Assembly (NCBI RefSeq): GCF_009914755.1
Contig: NC_060928.1
From: the human T2T-CHM13v2.0 reference genome, Homo sapiens
DNA length: 64,000 nt
Reading direction: 5' to 3' (one strand)
Below, in pieces: positions 34,293-51,522 of this stretch. The notes under the pieces are model-generated. The model had not been told where the DNA came from. It saw nothing but the letters and a program-made list of their open reading frames with translations, and did no database searches. The position numbers and the translations under genes are program-made. The number at the start of each line of letters is the position of its first letter. The first letter of the stretch is position 1.

Positions 34293-35841
34293 CAGTCCTG
34301 AGAGTGAGGGCTGGTCTCATGAATCCATTCACACAGATGGAAGTGCATCCTCACAGGGGTCAGGCCTCACACAACATCGGGCATGTTGGTAGGCATATGC
34401 CTAAGTTTCTGTGCAATGAATGCATGCCTTACTGGTGATGCGTCAATAGCAAGGCATTCAGGGCAGAAAGTACCCTGCCTCTGTGCCTAGCATGAGACAT
34501 GTATCCAGGATCATGTTTTTATTCCCATATTATGGATGAGAAAACTGAGGTTCAGAAAGGGTAGGCAAAATCCCCTAGCTCATCTGGCTGGAAGGGGGCA
34601 GAACTTCCCTGTACGTGCTGAGAACACCACTGTTCGAGCAGAGGGGAAACCTCTGCAAATTTCACTCTGTGTTCAGTGGGTGACTTGCCAAAGCCCTTTA
34701 GGGCCAATAAATTAGAGTGTTTGCATCAAATTTCCATGCACAAGAGCCAACTCAAAACCTTAGATCCAATTCCATTGGTTCTCATAGCTCTGAAGTGGAC
34801 AGATGCTAGTAATAAATCCTACAGGCTGATGGCAGGACTTTGATATATAATATTAACTCTGATCTGCCCTTTGTGGTGGTCTGACTCAAGACAGAGGGAA
34901 CATTAAAAGCAGTAGTAATCCTTTTAAAAGTTATATGCACTTTTGCCCAGATATCCAGGGTTTCTGGCTGAGTTAGGCTGCAGAAGCAATTGTGCAGATT
35001 AAGTGATGTTGAACCACGAGAAAGTGTCTTCCCACTTAGCAAATCAAGGGTCCATGGGATGGAGAGAAAGGAGGGAATAGAGTTTGTCACTTGGGCTGTA
35101 CTGACCCCAGTAGTGATGTCTTCCCTTTGATGGGTGGTGTTGGGACAGCAAGGCAGTCATCATTTAGCCCACTAGTGCTAAGGCGGAAGGCATCCGCAGT
35201 GCGTGGTCTGGCATCCCCAGGCAAAGATGAGAGGATGGGCCCTGCAGAGTGCTTTGGGTTAGAAACAAGCTGAGTGAACTGAGTGTTTCTTCAGGGAGCG
35301 CACTACAGATGAGCCAACAAATCCACGACAGTGGGGAGTGAGGTGAGGCAGGGACACAAATCCACAGCTGACTCACCCAGCACATTCCCACCTCCTCAGC
35401 ATAGAAAACCACAGGGACAAACTGACCAGAAGGCTATTCATCCATGGGTCTATCCCGTGCCTTGATCAGTCTTCCTAAATCCCACCTTTGCCAAAGTCAC
35501 TCCAGTCTGTGAATTTTCCATGACTTCCTGATGCATATGGAAAGATGTTCAGACTCCCAATCTGAGGTCCAATGCTCTCCAGAATTCCATCTTTCCCTAC
35601 CTTCCTGGAATCATTTCCCATTGACTTGCCATCTACCTGGGCAAGCTGGAATGGCTGCTTTGGCTGTCTTCTGAAAATGCCCTGAGGTGTCTCTGCCCCA
35701 GGCCTGTCTCCTCTGCCCCCAGAGCTGCCCAGGCCCCTGCTTCCTACAGAGACCAGCTCACAGTCTTCTTGTCAGTGGTCATCTAACAGTGGTCTTGTAA
35801 AAGCAGAGCAAGTTCCAATCTTATTTATAGCATTCAGCAGT

Positions 35842-36010
35842 TTTTTTTTTTTTTTTTTTTAGAGCTGGTGTCTTGCTCTGTTGCCCAAGTTTGAGTGCAA
35901 TGGCTCAATCACAGCTTCACTGCAGCCTTGAACTCCTGGGCCCTAGTGATCCTCCTCTTTCAGCCTCCTGAGTAGCTGGGACCACAGGCATGCACCACCA
36001 TGCCCACCTA
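35842..36010 (-). mobile_element. Alu right-arm monomer (FRAM/AluJ)
   Basis: Poly(T) plus a single arm. Confidence 0.8.
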
Positions 36011-36149
36011 AACACAGTCTACCTTTACGTGTGTGTGTCCATCCATCACCAGATGCTCACGGAAGGTAGGGCAGAAACATTTTGAAAAATAATTTTTACC
36101 TTTGAAGAGTAATCTTAATGATAACCTAGCAGGTGCTCAGATATATCAG

Positions 36150-36620
36150 GTCGATTCACTTCCTATGGCTGTGTAACAAATTACCACAAACTTGGTGATT
36201 TAGAGCAATGCCCATTTATTATCTCAGGGTTTCTATAGGTCAGAAGTTTGGGTGTTGCATGGCTGGATTGTCTGTTTAGGATCTCAGAGGGTTGAGATCG
36301 GGGTAGCCAGGGTTGCTTCTCATCTGGGGCTCCAAGTCCTCTTTGCAAGCTCACTGGTTGTCAGTAGAATTCAGTTCCTGTGGTTGTAGGACTGAGGTCC
36401 CCATATTCTTCTTGCTGTTTGTCAGTCTGGGGTGCTCCCAGCAACTCAAGGCCACTCTCAGGTTGTTGACACAGGGTGCCAACATCTATCTTCAAAACCA
36501 GTAGGAGGATTTCTCTTGCACTGAATCTCTTTTGCATCTCTGACATTCTCAGTCTCTGACCTCTAGATCCAGATTTAACGGGTTCACTTGATTCTGTCAG
36601 ACCCACTCAGGACAATTATT
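36150..36620 (-). mobile_element. MLT1E-like LTR
   Basis: 'gtaacaaattaccacaaacttggtg', 'gaattcagttcctgtggttgtaggactgaggtcccc'. Confidence 0.7.
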
Positions 36621-38168
36621 TTCTTGTGCATCCCTTTTTCTGGGAAGTGGGTCCACCACTTCTATCAGGTTCTTAAAAGGGTCTGGGAATGTTCACCCAT
36701 CACAGACATCCACACCAGGCCAGTTAAGTCAGAACTGCTGGAGATTCCACATTCTCCTGGGCAGCCTGGGTGGAGAACCACCTATGTGGAAGGAACACTG
36801 GGCTCCAAAGATAAGGGGCCTTGCATTTTATTTCATTACCAGTGTCTATTGGCTCTGAGACCTTACAGAAATCACTCAACTTCTCAGGGCCTCATTTGCA
36901 AACACGGATGATAATAGTAAGCTCCATCTCTCACGGTTGTTAGGAGGATTAAAAGTGTATAAAGATGCTCTGCAAGCTCTGAAGTATTAGCTAACCGTCT
37001 TGTCAGTGTGAAGAGACACTGAAAAGTGAGGTGGGACACAGAATTTTAAGTGAAGAAGAAGGGAGAAGCTTATCTTTATCAAAATTAAATATTAGATACT
37101 GAGTACTTTGTAAAGTCTGTTGCTGCTGGGGATCAGGCAAATTGTTATAACCTTCCTGGAAGGCAATTTCCCATAATTATCAGCAGTTTACAGAATATCC
37201 AAGCCATTTGACCCTAAGATAATGTTTCTAGGGATTTCTCTTAAGGATTTAATCAAGGACACATACACAGATTATAGCAGTTCAAAATTGGAACCCATCT
37301 AATTAACAATAAGGGATTGTTTAATTACACATGAAATATTATTTAAACATGAACATTATATTGCCTTTAAATATTTGACATGGAAAGAAGCTTAAAACTC
37401 AGTCCTATTTCCTTATCAATGTTCTATCAACAAGGGGCAGGAGGTGTCACCTCCTTGGGAATCAGAGTTGGCCCCTCAGGTAGGTGTTTGGAGCTTCCAG
37501 GTAGGGGCTGGGGACAAAGTGTGGATGGGGCACCTGCTGGACCTGTGGCGAGATCATCAGGGATTGCTATTGGTCTCAGCAAGGGAGTGAGGCTGACCAG
37601 TTCTCAGCTGCATTTCAGAGAAGGATGAAATGCCCTAATCAGAAGTCAGCTCCCTCATGACCCTGGAGGGAATTCTGCCCACTCACAGACTCTTTCTTAT
37701 TCTGGGCCTCTGCTGTTATCTGGGTATTACTCCCTGTCACAGTCAGTTTGGGGACTGATCCTCCAGGAAAGTCCTGGGACCTCTCGGCAGGCTGAGTGCT
37801 TCTCCTTTGTGACTCCCCTGCCATGGCGGTTGTGCCCCTTCTTACCTTCTACAGACACGACTTTTCATGGGCCTCTTCCTTTCTCCCCACCGGTAAATCA
37901 CCACCCTTCAAAGGCAGGAACTGTCTCTATTTCATCTTAGTATCCTGCGGGCCTGGCCCAGAGTAGATGCTCCAAAAAACTTGTCCTGAACTGAATGGGC
38001 ATGAAGCCGGGGCCTGTTGCACTGTGTTGTTGTGGGGCGGGGTGACTTCCAACCGCACTGGGAGCCATCTCCCTCTCTCATTCTGAGAGAAGAGTCCGCA
38101 GCACAGATGGGCGCAACCCAATGTCAGGAGCTGACACTGTGATCAAAGAAAATCATTTCCATTGCTCC

Positions 38169-39238
<1,070 letters not shown>

Positions 39239-40522
39239 CTTGCAAGGGTGCCCCTGTCTTCCTCCACTCTCCATCCCCAAGCTGGGCTGGGATTTCTTGA
39301 GCCAGATGAGTTGAAGATGCTGCAAAGTTAAAATGGCCTTGCTTTCCTGCGCAGTCAGGTGGAGCACCCCCTTCCCTCATCTGGGCCTGCTGAGCAGGGT
39401 CTCACTGATCCCCGCACTGTGTGTCCCTTAGACCTTTCCTGAGACCCAGCCCTTCCCCCAGTGGAAGGGAGAATTATTTGAAAAGTGTGGGGTTTGGTGT
39501 CAGACAGACTGGGACCCAGGTCTAGGCTACTGAACCAGTGAGCTGTGTGGCTTTGTGCATGCTATTTAGACACTCTGAGTTTTAATTTCCTAATTTCTAA
39601 TTGCCAGACAGGTTGGTTGGGAGGAACAGCTTAGATTGACCTATGAAAGCATTTGTAGACTCGGAAGTGTTCACGTGGCACTTTGGATCAAATCGTTCCT
39701 GCTGCTTCAAACTACTGTGTGATGAGTTTCCAAAAATCATTGCCTGTGATCTGCAGGCTCGTTGTATGTCACAGATCACCAGATGTGCTTCCATTCCATG
39801 CTTGCTTCTGCAGTCCTGTTCTAAGCTCTGGCCTAATATTCTTCCCACCCACGGAGCTCTTGCCACTGCCTCACCGCAGAGACTGGAACCCTGTCCTTTA
39901 ACTCCCAGCTCAGAGTGTAGGGAAGTGTTTCTCAAAGTATTCTCTGTGTTATCTGCTTCCAAATTGCCTGGATACTGGTTAAAAACCAAACCTCTGGTTC
40001 CCCTTCCAGACTTAAGGATGAGAATTGGCTGTGGGAATGAGTGGGAATCTACGCTGTTGTGAAGTTCCCCACGGGGATCTCCTGCATCTTAAGGCTCAAA
40101 GACCATGGACCTAGCCCCTGGATACTGGGCATAGGCATCTCAGATGCTGTCTGTTTCTTCACTTCCCTGACTGGCCTGGGCTCTGGGGTTGGGCCCTTCC
40201 CATTTCTGGATTTGTGATACTTGTCTTGTATCCCCTTTTATCATAGTGTGCTTTTGCTTACAAGTGAACAAAAACCCAATCCAAAATGATTTAAACAAAA
40301 AGAGCACTTATTGTAAAAGTTCAGAATAAACTGCCTTCAGGCATGGCTTGATCCAGGGGTGCACACTGTGTTACCAGGAGGCAGTTTCTCTCTGCCTCCT
40401 CACTTGGCTACATTTTTCTCTCACTTGTGCATCCTGAGCCATTCACAGAGCTCAGGAGGATGAGTGTTCTGATGGAGCAGGGTATGCTGGTGGTTAGTGC
40501 CATCAAAAACAGAATGAGATAA

Positions 40523-41185
40523 TGATATGGCTCAGATGACTGGAGGAACACCAGGGTTCTTGGTCTAGCACACATTTGGATAAAATGACACGGATACACC
40601 TGGAGTGGTTTTAAGGAGCGAAAAGTTTAATATACAAGAAAGAAGGAAGGAAGAAGAAAACAGCTCCCCAGTACAGAGACAGAGGGAGAGGGGATTTGAA
40701 CAGAGAGAAAACCCCGGTGGGGAGAAGGGATGTGGGGGGAGGGCGTGTGTGTGTGTGTGGTGTAATCAGCTAGTTATATGAGGAGGCTGGAGGAGGCGGT
40801 GCTGGCTTGCATAGGGCTCAGAGGATTGGTTTGACCAGGCATGTCATTCACATAGCCTGCGAAAAAGCTGGCCCTCACACTCTAGCCTTTTAAGATGCAA
40901 ATGCAGGGCGCCATGATGTTCTACACACGTGGGGATATGTGGGGGCGGCCATGTTGCCAGCCACCTGTTGGGGCAAGGAAGAAACCTGGAATCTCCATGT
41001 TTGGGTGGACTCAGTTTCCAGTGACCTGCGTTTGCATATCAAAGCTTGCCAGTGGCTCTTAGAGCTGGCGCTCTCCTGTTAGACAAGAAAGGTTTCTGGA
41101 TCTGCTTTAAAAGAAACAAAAACTTCCCAAGGACCTCTTTTCCTCTCTATCTGCCTAAAATAATTTCTTAATAACTCCTATAACA
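40523..41185 (-). mobile_element. ERV1 MER61-like solo LTR, inserted into an older MLT1 fragment (~40240-41280)
   Basis: TG...CA termini; reverse complement starts TGTTATAGGAGTTATTAAGAAATTATTTTAGGCAGATAGAGAGG; 4-bp TSD ataa (40519-22, 41186-89). Confidence 0.8.
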
Positions 41186-42158
41186 ATAAGGGGGTGGTCC
41201 ATTCCCACATGTAAATTGAGGCTTTTCCCAGAAATAGGGTGAATAGATGCTGAGTTACCCCAGTCAGCAAATGTCCATTTATCTCATTTGTGAACTCTGG
41301 ACTCTGCACAGAAACTGTGGTGACACAGGCTGTCCTGTGACCCTGTGGCTGGGTCAGCTCCTGTGTCTACGACAGGATGCCCTGAGTCCCCATGGATTCC
41401 TCAACCCCACACCCTGTCCTACTCTTAGCCAAGTCAGCCATGCCCCTCTGAGGGCTACGCTGCTTCAATAGGCCTGGCTTCCTAAGTACCTTTCATTATC
41501 ACCCGGGCTCATACCCCGAAGCAAAGCAGAAATTTCTTTTGAGATCCAGGGTGGGAAATGGTCAGTTGAATTGAGTTGCAACCGAAGATGAGGAAACATC
41601 TTTTATGAAAACCCATTTCCCTCTGTCGGAGGTGATTTCAGTCACTTTTTCCAAGCTCAGGATAATTTACCCCCTGCAGGGTGCACTGCAGAAAGTCTGG
41701 CTGGAAGGCCCTGAGCACAGGAGTTGATTGCTAGCTGCTAAGAGGCTGCGCTTTGTTCCCGAAGGAGAAAGCTGCAGGTTAAGAGAACATTCCCCACCTT
41801 GCCAGGGGTGACAAAGCAGGGGACTGCTTGAGGGCTGACACTGGAGTTAGAGATAATGAAAGGAGAGGAGCAAGAAGAAGCCAGGGCCTGGCTCGGCATC
41901 TCACCGCATTGGTGGGGAGAGGAGCTGTTCACCTTCTCGCACCTGTTGTTGGGCTGAGACAGATTTTCAGAGAGCAATGCCTCCTGGACAGAGGCTCTTC
42001 CCCACAGGGCAAATGTAATTAGATGAGAGAAAAACAAAGCTCTGAAACCCTAATTAGGTGCAAAGCCCTCAGGCTTTATACATCTAAACAGCTAAGGAAC
42101 AGAGGATAAGATTCTCCAGTCGGCACTCCCTTGCCAGTCCTGGCTGAGCTAATGGTGA

Positions 42159-42494
<336 letters not shown>

Positions 42495-43781
42495 CCGTGG
42501 TTGGCTTTTACTCCTTCCATTCTGCCACCCTGAAGCTGATCCTCTGGAATTTGCTTGTTTTTGGTGTGTCCAGAAATGAAGGTCTATCAGTTCTTGAAAT
42601 TGGGTTGTTTTAAGTAACTGATGTGCCGGGATGACAGTGAAGAAGACAAGATAGGGATTCCTCTTCCTAAACTTTAGGGCCTGAAGGGACTCCTCATTGA
42701 CAGCAGACGGGATTTTTAATTTCATTCTGGGATGGAGGAAGTGGAGAGGTGATCCAGGCTGGATTGAAATCTCTCAAGCCTGGGAGATTTTGCCCAAAGA
42801 CTTGTGACATGGGAACAGTAGAAACATTGGGAAAATTGGACTTTCAGGTCAGCATTCTGGGAATTTCCCCAGTCTTCCCAGGGTGGGATCATCTGGCCCC
42901 AGTTATGGGAATAATTCCACATAAATAGAAGATGACTTGGGAAGTCAGGGAGGAGGTGGAGGACCACTGTTCTGATCAGCCTCCTTCAACCTCACAGTGG
43001 GGTTGGTCTCAGATGGTGCCCAGGAACCTGCCAGCAGCGGCACTTTGATGGCACCAAGATAGTGGGTGCTGGGACCCAGATTTGCTTCCTACTCATGTCT
43101 CCCTAGCCACTGAAAAATGGAATATCAGTGAGGAATATCTTAGAGGGCTGCCTTTGCTCCTTTTGCCAGAGAACCAATATTGGTTATGAACAATTGGGCC
43201 GCATCTGGTGTGCAGAAAAATGAATATTTTAATAGTGCTTCATAGGGTATCGTAGCATCTTATAAAAAGTGGCCTATCAAATGATTGATTCAATCATTTA
43301 AAATGCATTAGCAGAGGATGCCTATCAGACTAAGACATCCGTGTTTCTGATCCAGTGAAAAGGGTCCAGGTAAGGAACACATATTAAGCCTCTTGGCATC
43401 CTTGTGTGAGCACCGTGCATGACGTGGCCATCAGTATCATTGTTTTCTTTGAGTTTTTGCTTGAGTGTTGAGATGTGTGAGGGATAGAAGATCCTTGTTT
43501 GCTTCTAGTCCTGACCTACACTGTCCATTAGGGAAATAATTTGTTTTCTTGAACCCATCATATGAATAATTTTGTTTTTAATCAATAGAAACAAATGGTC
43601 TTTATTTAACTAACAGAAAAAATTCCAATGAGGCCAGGCCACATAGGTTTCTGTAAATGTCATATCATTTCTGTTCTGTCCCCTCAGCTAAGAGTATAAA
43701 AAGTTCAGGCTACCTCCAGGGGCTTTTGCCTACTTAAATTGTATTACTTAGAGATGAGCTAGTACTTGGTTTTAAAAGTAA

Positions 43782-44081
<300 letters not shown>

Positions 44082-44324
44082 CTAAAAGTAACATTTCTAA
44101 GCTTTGTACTTACGACACCAAAAACACACAGACTGACATCTAAGTAATTAAGTCAACCATTAAGATGTTTAGTTATGTCATGCAAAATAATAATCTCCAG
44201 TGAGTTCTCAAAGAATTCAGTAGTTTGATGTTATTGCCAGCACAGCCTTTACTGAGTCCTCTTATAAATCTTAAAGAAAAATGTAAGATTTTTAATTTTT
44301 AAAGATTTAAAAATTTGTAATTAA

Positions 44325-44592
44325 ATTTTTTTTTTAGGGCTGGATTCTTGGTCTGTCGTCCAGGATAGAGGGCAGGGATACCATCACTACTCACTATAAC
44401 CTCAAACTCCTGGGCTCAAGCAATCCTCCCACCTCAGCCTCCTGAGTAGCTGGGACTACAGGCATGCCCCACCACATTCGGCTAATTTTTAAAATTTTTT
44501 TGTAGAGACAGGGTCTCACTATGTTGTCCAGGCTGCTCTCGAAATCCTGGCCTAAAGTGATCCTCCTGCCTCAGCCTCCTGAGTAGCTGGGT
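44325..44592 (-). mobile_element. AluJ (5'-truncated)
   Basis: J diagnostics 'gggctcaagcaatcctcccacc', 'gggtctcactatgttg'. Confidence 0.85.
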
Positions 44593-45378
44593 TAGATCCT
44601 GGCAAATGAAAGGGCCCCCAACTTTGAACTACCTTTGGGGAAGATCTCACTGTGTTCCCTTTGGGGATTGAGGATGTGGTTCAAGAGAGAAGAGTGCACT
44701 CTAGGCAAACCTGCTAATTCTGTTCCTCAAAAGAAGGCAGGGAGAGGAGAGAAAATGCATTTCTGTTTGCTGCCTAAAGGTTTATTTGCTTGATTTCCTT
44801 TGGGAAATGGAATGACTCTGTGTGCCTGGGTTATAGTTGATGGAATAAAGCATCATTTTATGCTGTACCTGAGAAATAATATCTGAACCTACATAAAAAT
44901 AATAAAGTGGGTCAGCTCCCTCTGGGAATGTTCTGTGTCTGCCCCTGGACTCCCACTTCCATGAATATGTATGGATAATGCCTGCCATTACTTTATAGTT
45001 ATGGGCCTGTCAACCCTATACGTATTAATACATCCCTAGGCTTTCTTGTAGTCCCATAAGGTAATAAAAACAGTTTTAACAGCAATGCCATATATCCAGT
45101 TGGACATTTCTTAAAAACAAAACACTCTCTGCTGAATTATAAACTGTTGCACAGGATAGAGGCTGTTTTGCAAGGGCCACCCCCTACCCGCCCCCACCCA
45201 GCCTGGCCCCCCTAGTATCAGGGCTTGAGCTGGGGCAGGACTGGCCTGTCGGTGATGCCTGTGAGTCTGAGTTCAGATGACTCTGGAATAATCCTTGCTT
45301 CTAGGGCCCATTCTACACTGCTGAGTAGTTCCTGCCTGCCCACCTTTGTTACTCTTTCGCTTTATGACTTCAGGATGA

Positions 45379-45685
45379 TTTTTTTTTTTTTTTTTTAGAC
45401 AGAGTCTTGTTCTTTCCCCCAGGCTGGAGTGCAGGAGTACAGAGGCATGATCCCAGCTCACTGCAACCTCCGCCTCCTGAGTTCAAGTGATCCTCCCACC
45501 TCAGTTTCCCGAGTAGCTGGTATTACAGGCATGTGCCACCACGCCCGGCTAGTTTTTGTATTTTTAGTAGAGATGGGGTTTCTCCATGTTGGCCAGGCTG
45601 GTTTTGAACTTCTGACCTCCAGAGATCCACCCACCTCAGCCTTCCAAAGTGCTGGGATTAGAGGCGTGAGCCACTACGTCTGGCC
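45379..45685 (-). mobile_element. AluJ/S
   Basis: Antisense dimer with poly(T). Confidence 0.92.
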
Positions 45686-46142
45686 TGAATATTTTTTCTT
45701 GAGTGCTTGGTCTCAAATTGAAAAAAAAGAAAAAAATAAAATAGCCATCACCCCATTGACCCTGAAAGGAATGGCTCTGTTAAGTATCCATTACGTACCA
45801 GCCACTGCTGTCGGCACCTTATGTGTTTTAAGTCATGACATACATCATCATAGTAACCCCAACGAGGCAGCTGCTGTCATTGTTTCTACTTTGCATGTGA
45901 AGAGGGTGAGGCACTGACGGGATAGGTCATGTTCCCAAAAGCACATGATCAAGACAGAAGTCCAGGCGGTCTAGCTCCAGAACCTAGCTCTTCATACCCT
46001 AGTGCCTCCATCAGGAGCAGTTGCTTATAATATGCCTGGGACCCTTAGAAACCCAAGACCAAGGAAGCTTCCTGGATTCCAAGCTGCTATATTGCCTCTG
46101 TAGCTCCCTCAAAAGTCAATTTTATTCACTGAAACTAAACAA

Positions 46143-46475
<333 letters not shown>

Positions 46476-46689
46476 AAACAACTACTACTAAAGAATCCCC
46501 CACTGAAATAAAGCCATTTCAAGTCTTCTATTTGCTCAGCTCAGTTGAGCCTTGGTGTCCCACATGCTGTTGCTGGGCAGAACACTTTGCTTTACTTTCA
46601 TCCTCCCAGCTCAGAAAACATTCTTAGGCCCATACAAGCCACACCTGATGACCAGCATGCAATTATAAATGCTAAGATTGTAAAAATAG

Positions 46690-47041
<352 letters not shown>

Positions 47042-47090
47042 CAGTCACTCAATTTCTTAATGTATAGTTTCCATAAGTAAGTAGTGTCCC

Positions 47091-47402
<312 letters not shown>

Positions 47403-47838
47403 TTATGAAGCCATCCAGTCAGACTTTTCCAAGCACAGAAATGCAACACACAGACACACAGAGCAAGACACTAGTCAGGGCTCAAATCCTGGCACCACCA
47501 TTGGGCAGCAGAATGACTTTCAGGAAGTGACTTAACTTCTGTAAACAGTTTCCTTACCTGTAAAATGTAGATGATATTAGTACCTACTCCATAGTATTCT
47601 TAAGAGGAAGCATGCAAAAAAAGAAATGCTTAGCACACTTCCAGAAACATAGTAAGCACAAAATAAAGGAGGCTGTCATGGTTATTAGGATCATCTCATC
47701 TTTGCTCAAATACTTTCAGTGATGGGGAGCTACTGGCCTCCTAAGCTTGTTGGCAAGCTCTAGTTCAAGGAGTCTTAGGATTCTAGATATGGAAGGCCAA
47801 TTAATCCAACTTCATTCGTTCCCTGGCAAGAAATCTGA

Positions 47839-48310
<472 letters not shown>

Positions 48311-48539
48311 CAGGTCCAACTTTCACCCTGTTATGGTCCCTGGCAGTACATCTTAGATACCCTAAAAACATGAGTGTTGAAGTGAGAGTTCGCATGGCCC
48401 ATGACCAGACTGTCATAAATACTAGAATTCTTGCTTTTGTCTTGGCACTTCACAGATAGGCGATGGAACCGCAAGAGCTGCCCTTTGTTTTTGAATATGG
48501 CATGGCTCTGCTATTTCTTATATTTCCTTTTCACGTTGT

Positions 48540-48820
48540 GTTGAAACAAGCTCTTGCTCTGTCACCTAGGGTGAGTGCAGTGGCATGATCATAACTCACT
48601 GTAACATCGAACTCCTGGGCTCAAGTGATCTCAGCTCAGTCTCCCAAGTAGCTGGTACCATAGGTACTTGCCACCATGCCTGGCTAATTCTTTTTTCTTT
48701 TGTAGAAACAGGGTCTCACTATGTTGCCTAGGCCAGTCTTGAACTCCCAGGCTCAAGTGATCCTCTCTCCTTGGCCTCCCAAAGTGCTGGGATTACAGGC
48801 ATGAGCCTTTGGGCCCAACC
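48540..48820 (-). mobile_element. AluJ
   Basis: Degenerate antisense dimer with J diagnostics. Confidence 0.85.
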
Positions 48821-49201
48821 TTGTGTTCTATCAAAAATAGTCTTAACACACAATTCTCCATATTATTTTACTTGGACTTGTTTTGAGTAACACTTTATTC
48901 ATCCTTCAATCTGTCAAATGAGTGTCTACTCTTTGCCAGACACCATGATATACAGAGGAAAAGACATGCTCTCTGCTCTCCAGATGCTAACACAGTAGTG
49001 GAATGACAGGCCCATAAATGATGGCAATTGAGCAATATTTAATATGATGGAGATAAGATGGCTGCAAGGTTCCCTGGAGCAGAGAGGAAGGGGGTTCGAT
49101 CTGTCTTGGGTTAGGGATGCAAGTAAGAATGGAATGGGCTCTGGAGGGAGAAAGCTGAGGAGGTTATCTATGGCTGTGCAGGAGTAAGTGGTGCCATTTA
49201 C

Positions 49202-49605
49202 TGTGGCAGAGACGGGCTAACTGTTCGAGCGTCTGTCTCCCCTTCTTCCTGTGCTTACCAGTGATCTTTGTGGTCAGGAGCCCAAGTGACTGAGGCTTAG
49301 ACAAGAAAATCTGAGCAGAAGTGATGCCTGCGACTTCACGGCCTGGCCCACAGGCTCTCTACTTTGCAATTCTTTGTGTGCCTTCTCTGTGTCCATGTGG
49401 ACAAAGACAGCAGATGGGAAGCCATATGTCTGTCGCAAGATGGAAGGGTCTGGGTGCCTGGCTCAGATGAGCGCCTCCTACTGATCACGAATGTGTGTTC
49501 TGGGCTTTATGTTAATGAGAAATAAGCTTCTATTGTGTTGAGAGCCATTCTACGTTTTAGGGTTAATTTTGTTGTTGTTGAAGCAGTCAGTGTCACCTCT
49601 AATAC
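49202..49605 (+). mobile_element. MLT1 (J-like) LTR
   Basis: 'tgtggcagagac', 'gagcagaagtgatg', 'tgagaaataagcttctattgtgttgag'. Confidence 0.6.
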
Positions 49606-50294
49606 TGTGATTACTAAACTCAGAAGTTTGGATTTATTTATGCCATGTTGAAGCCAACCAAACTAACCATGCTGGTTTGGAAAGATACAACCAGTAACCC
49701 TGGCTTCTCAGTGTATTAGCCAGCGGACTAACTTGGGAGCTAGACTCACAATATGTTCTTTTCCTGGAAAATTCCATTTGAGATATATTGGGCTCTTTAT
49801 CCTTAAAGAAATCATCTTAGCCCTGATTGAAATGTTCCTGTTTCTCCTAGATAACGTGGCTTACTTTAGAGCAGGTTGCTGCTGCTAAAAATCTACAGCT
49901 TGCTTTTTTTTTTTCTAAGCAAAAGGGAAGGAGCAGGGGAAGCAACTTTATTCCCTATAAAGAGGAGGAAAAGAGGACTCCCAGCTTATGCATGAGTGTG
50001 GAGAAGACAAGACAGAATTTTGTCTCATGCCAGTGTGACTTTTCAGCGTTTTCCCTCCAGTTTGCTAGACTTCTCACACATCTTACTTGATCTTAATCAG
50101 ATCATATCATATTTCATTATATTTTTATTGTTATTTTGACAGCTCTACCACAAAACTACCCATGGAGTTGTATGTTTACTGACACAACCAAAAAAGGAAT
50201 AAATTGGAGAACTTAAAAGAAAAAAAGATGTTTGGATATTGACACTCTTCGGGTACATAAATGTGCAACAGATTTTCTATTCATTTATGCATCT

Positions 50295-50954
50295 GTATTA
50301 GTTACTATTGCAGCATAACAAATCACTTCAAAACTTAGCGGCTTACAACATCAATCATTCGTCTTCTTGTAAAGTTTCTAAAGGTCAGGAATGTGAGAAT
50401 GGCTTAGCTGGGTGGTTCTGGCTCAGGGTCTTCCATTAGGCTGCAGTCAAGATGTTGGCTGGGAATGCCATCGTCTCAAGGCTTGCCTGTGGCTGGAGGA
50501 TTTGCTCCAGAAGGGTTCATGTACATGGCTGTTGCTGGAGGCCTCAGTTCCTCATTATGTGGGCCTTGCCATAGGGCTGCTCACAATACATCAGCTACTT
50601 CCACTCAGACTGAGAGATTCAAGAGAGAGTGAGGAAGAAACTGTGATGCATTTTGTGATCTAGTCCCTGAAATTATATGCCTTCACTTCTGCTTCATGCT
50701 AATTTTTAATACTTTTTACATTTTTGTTTTTGTAGAGATGAGGTCTTGCTACATTGCCTAGGCTGGTTTAGAATTTCTGGCCTTAAGCCATCCTCCTGCC
50801 TTGGCCTCCCCAAACTGGGATTACTGGTGTGGGCCACCATGCCCAGACACTTCTGCTTTGTTTTTTTCATTAGAAGTGAATCACTAAATCCAGCCTACAC
50901 TTAAAGGGAGAGTAATTAAGTTCTATTTCTTGAAAGGAAAAGTGTCAAGGAATT

Positions 50955-50955
<1 letters not shown>
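50295..50955 (-). mobile_element. MLT1F-like LTR containing a FLAM (50703-50848)
   Basis: 'tgtattagttactattgcagcataacaaatcac', 'ggcttagctgggtggttctggctcagggtc'; FLAM flanked by cacttctgctt. Confidence 0.75.
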
Positions 50956-51301
<346 letters not shown>

Positions 51302-51311
51302 TATATATATC

Positions 51312-51522
51312 GTGAAATCCCATCTCTACTAAAAATACAATAATTATCCAGACATGGTGGTGGGCACCTGTAACCCCAGCTACTTGGGAGGCTGAGGCAG
51401 GGTAATTACTTGAACCCAGGAGGCAGAGGCTGTAATGAGCCAAGATTGCACCACTGCCCTCCAGCCTGGGCAACAGAGTGAGACTCTGTCTCAAAAAAAA
51501 AAAAAAAAAAGAAAGAAAGAAA
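51312..51522 (+). mobile_element. Partial Alu (linker, right arm and tail); its 5' head remnant lies in opposite orientation at ~51707-51725
   Basis: Starts abruptly at 'gtgaaatcccatctctactaaaaata'. Confidence 0.88.

Noticed and set aside
39643-40062. 139-aa Cys-rich ORF
   Set aside because: Overlaps MIR/MER5-like fragments at its ends, has no recognisable domain, and its length is compatible with chance
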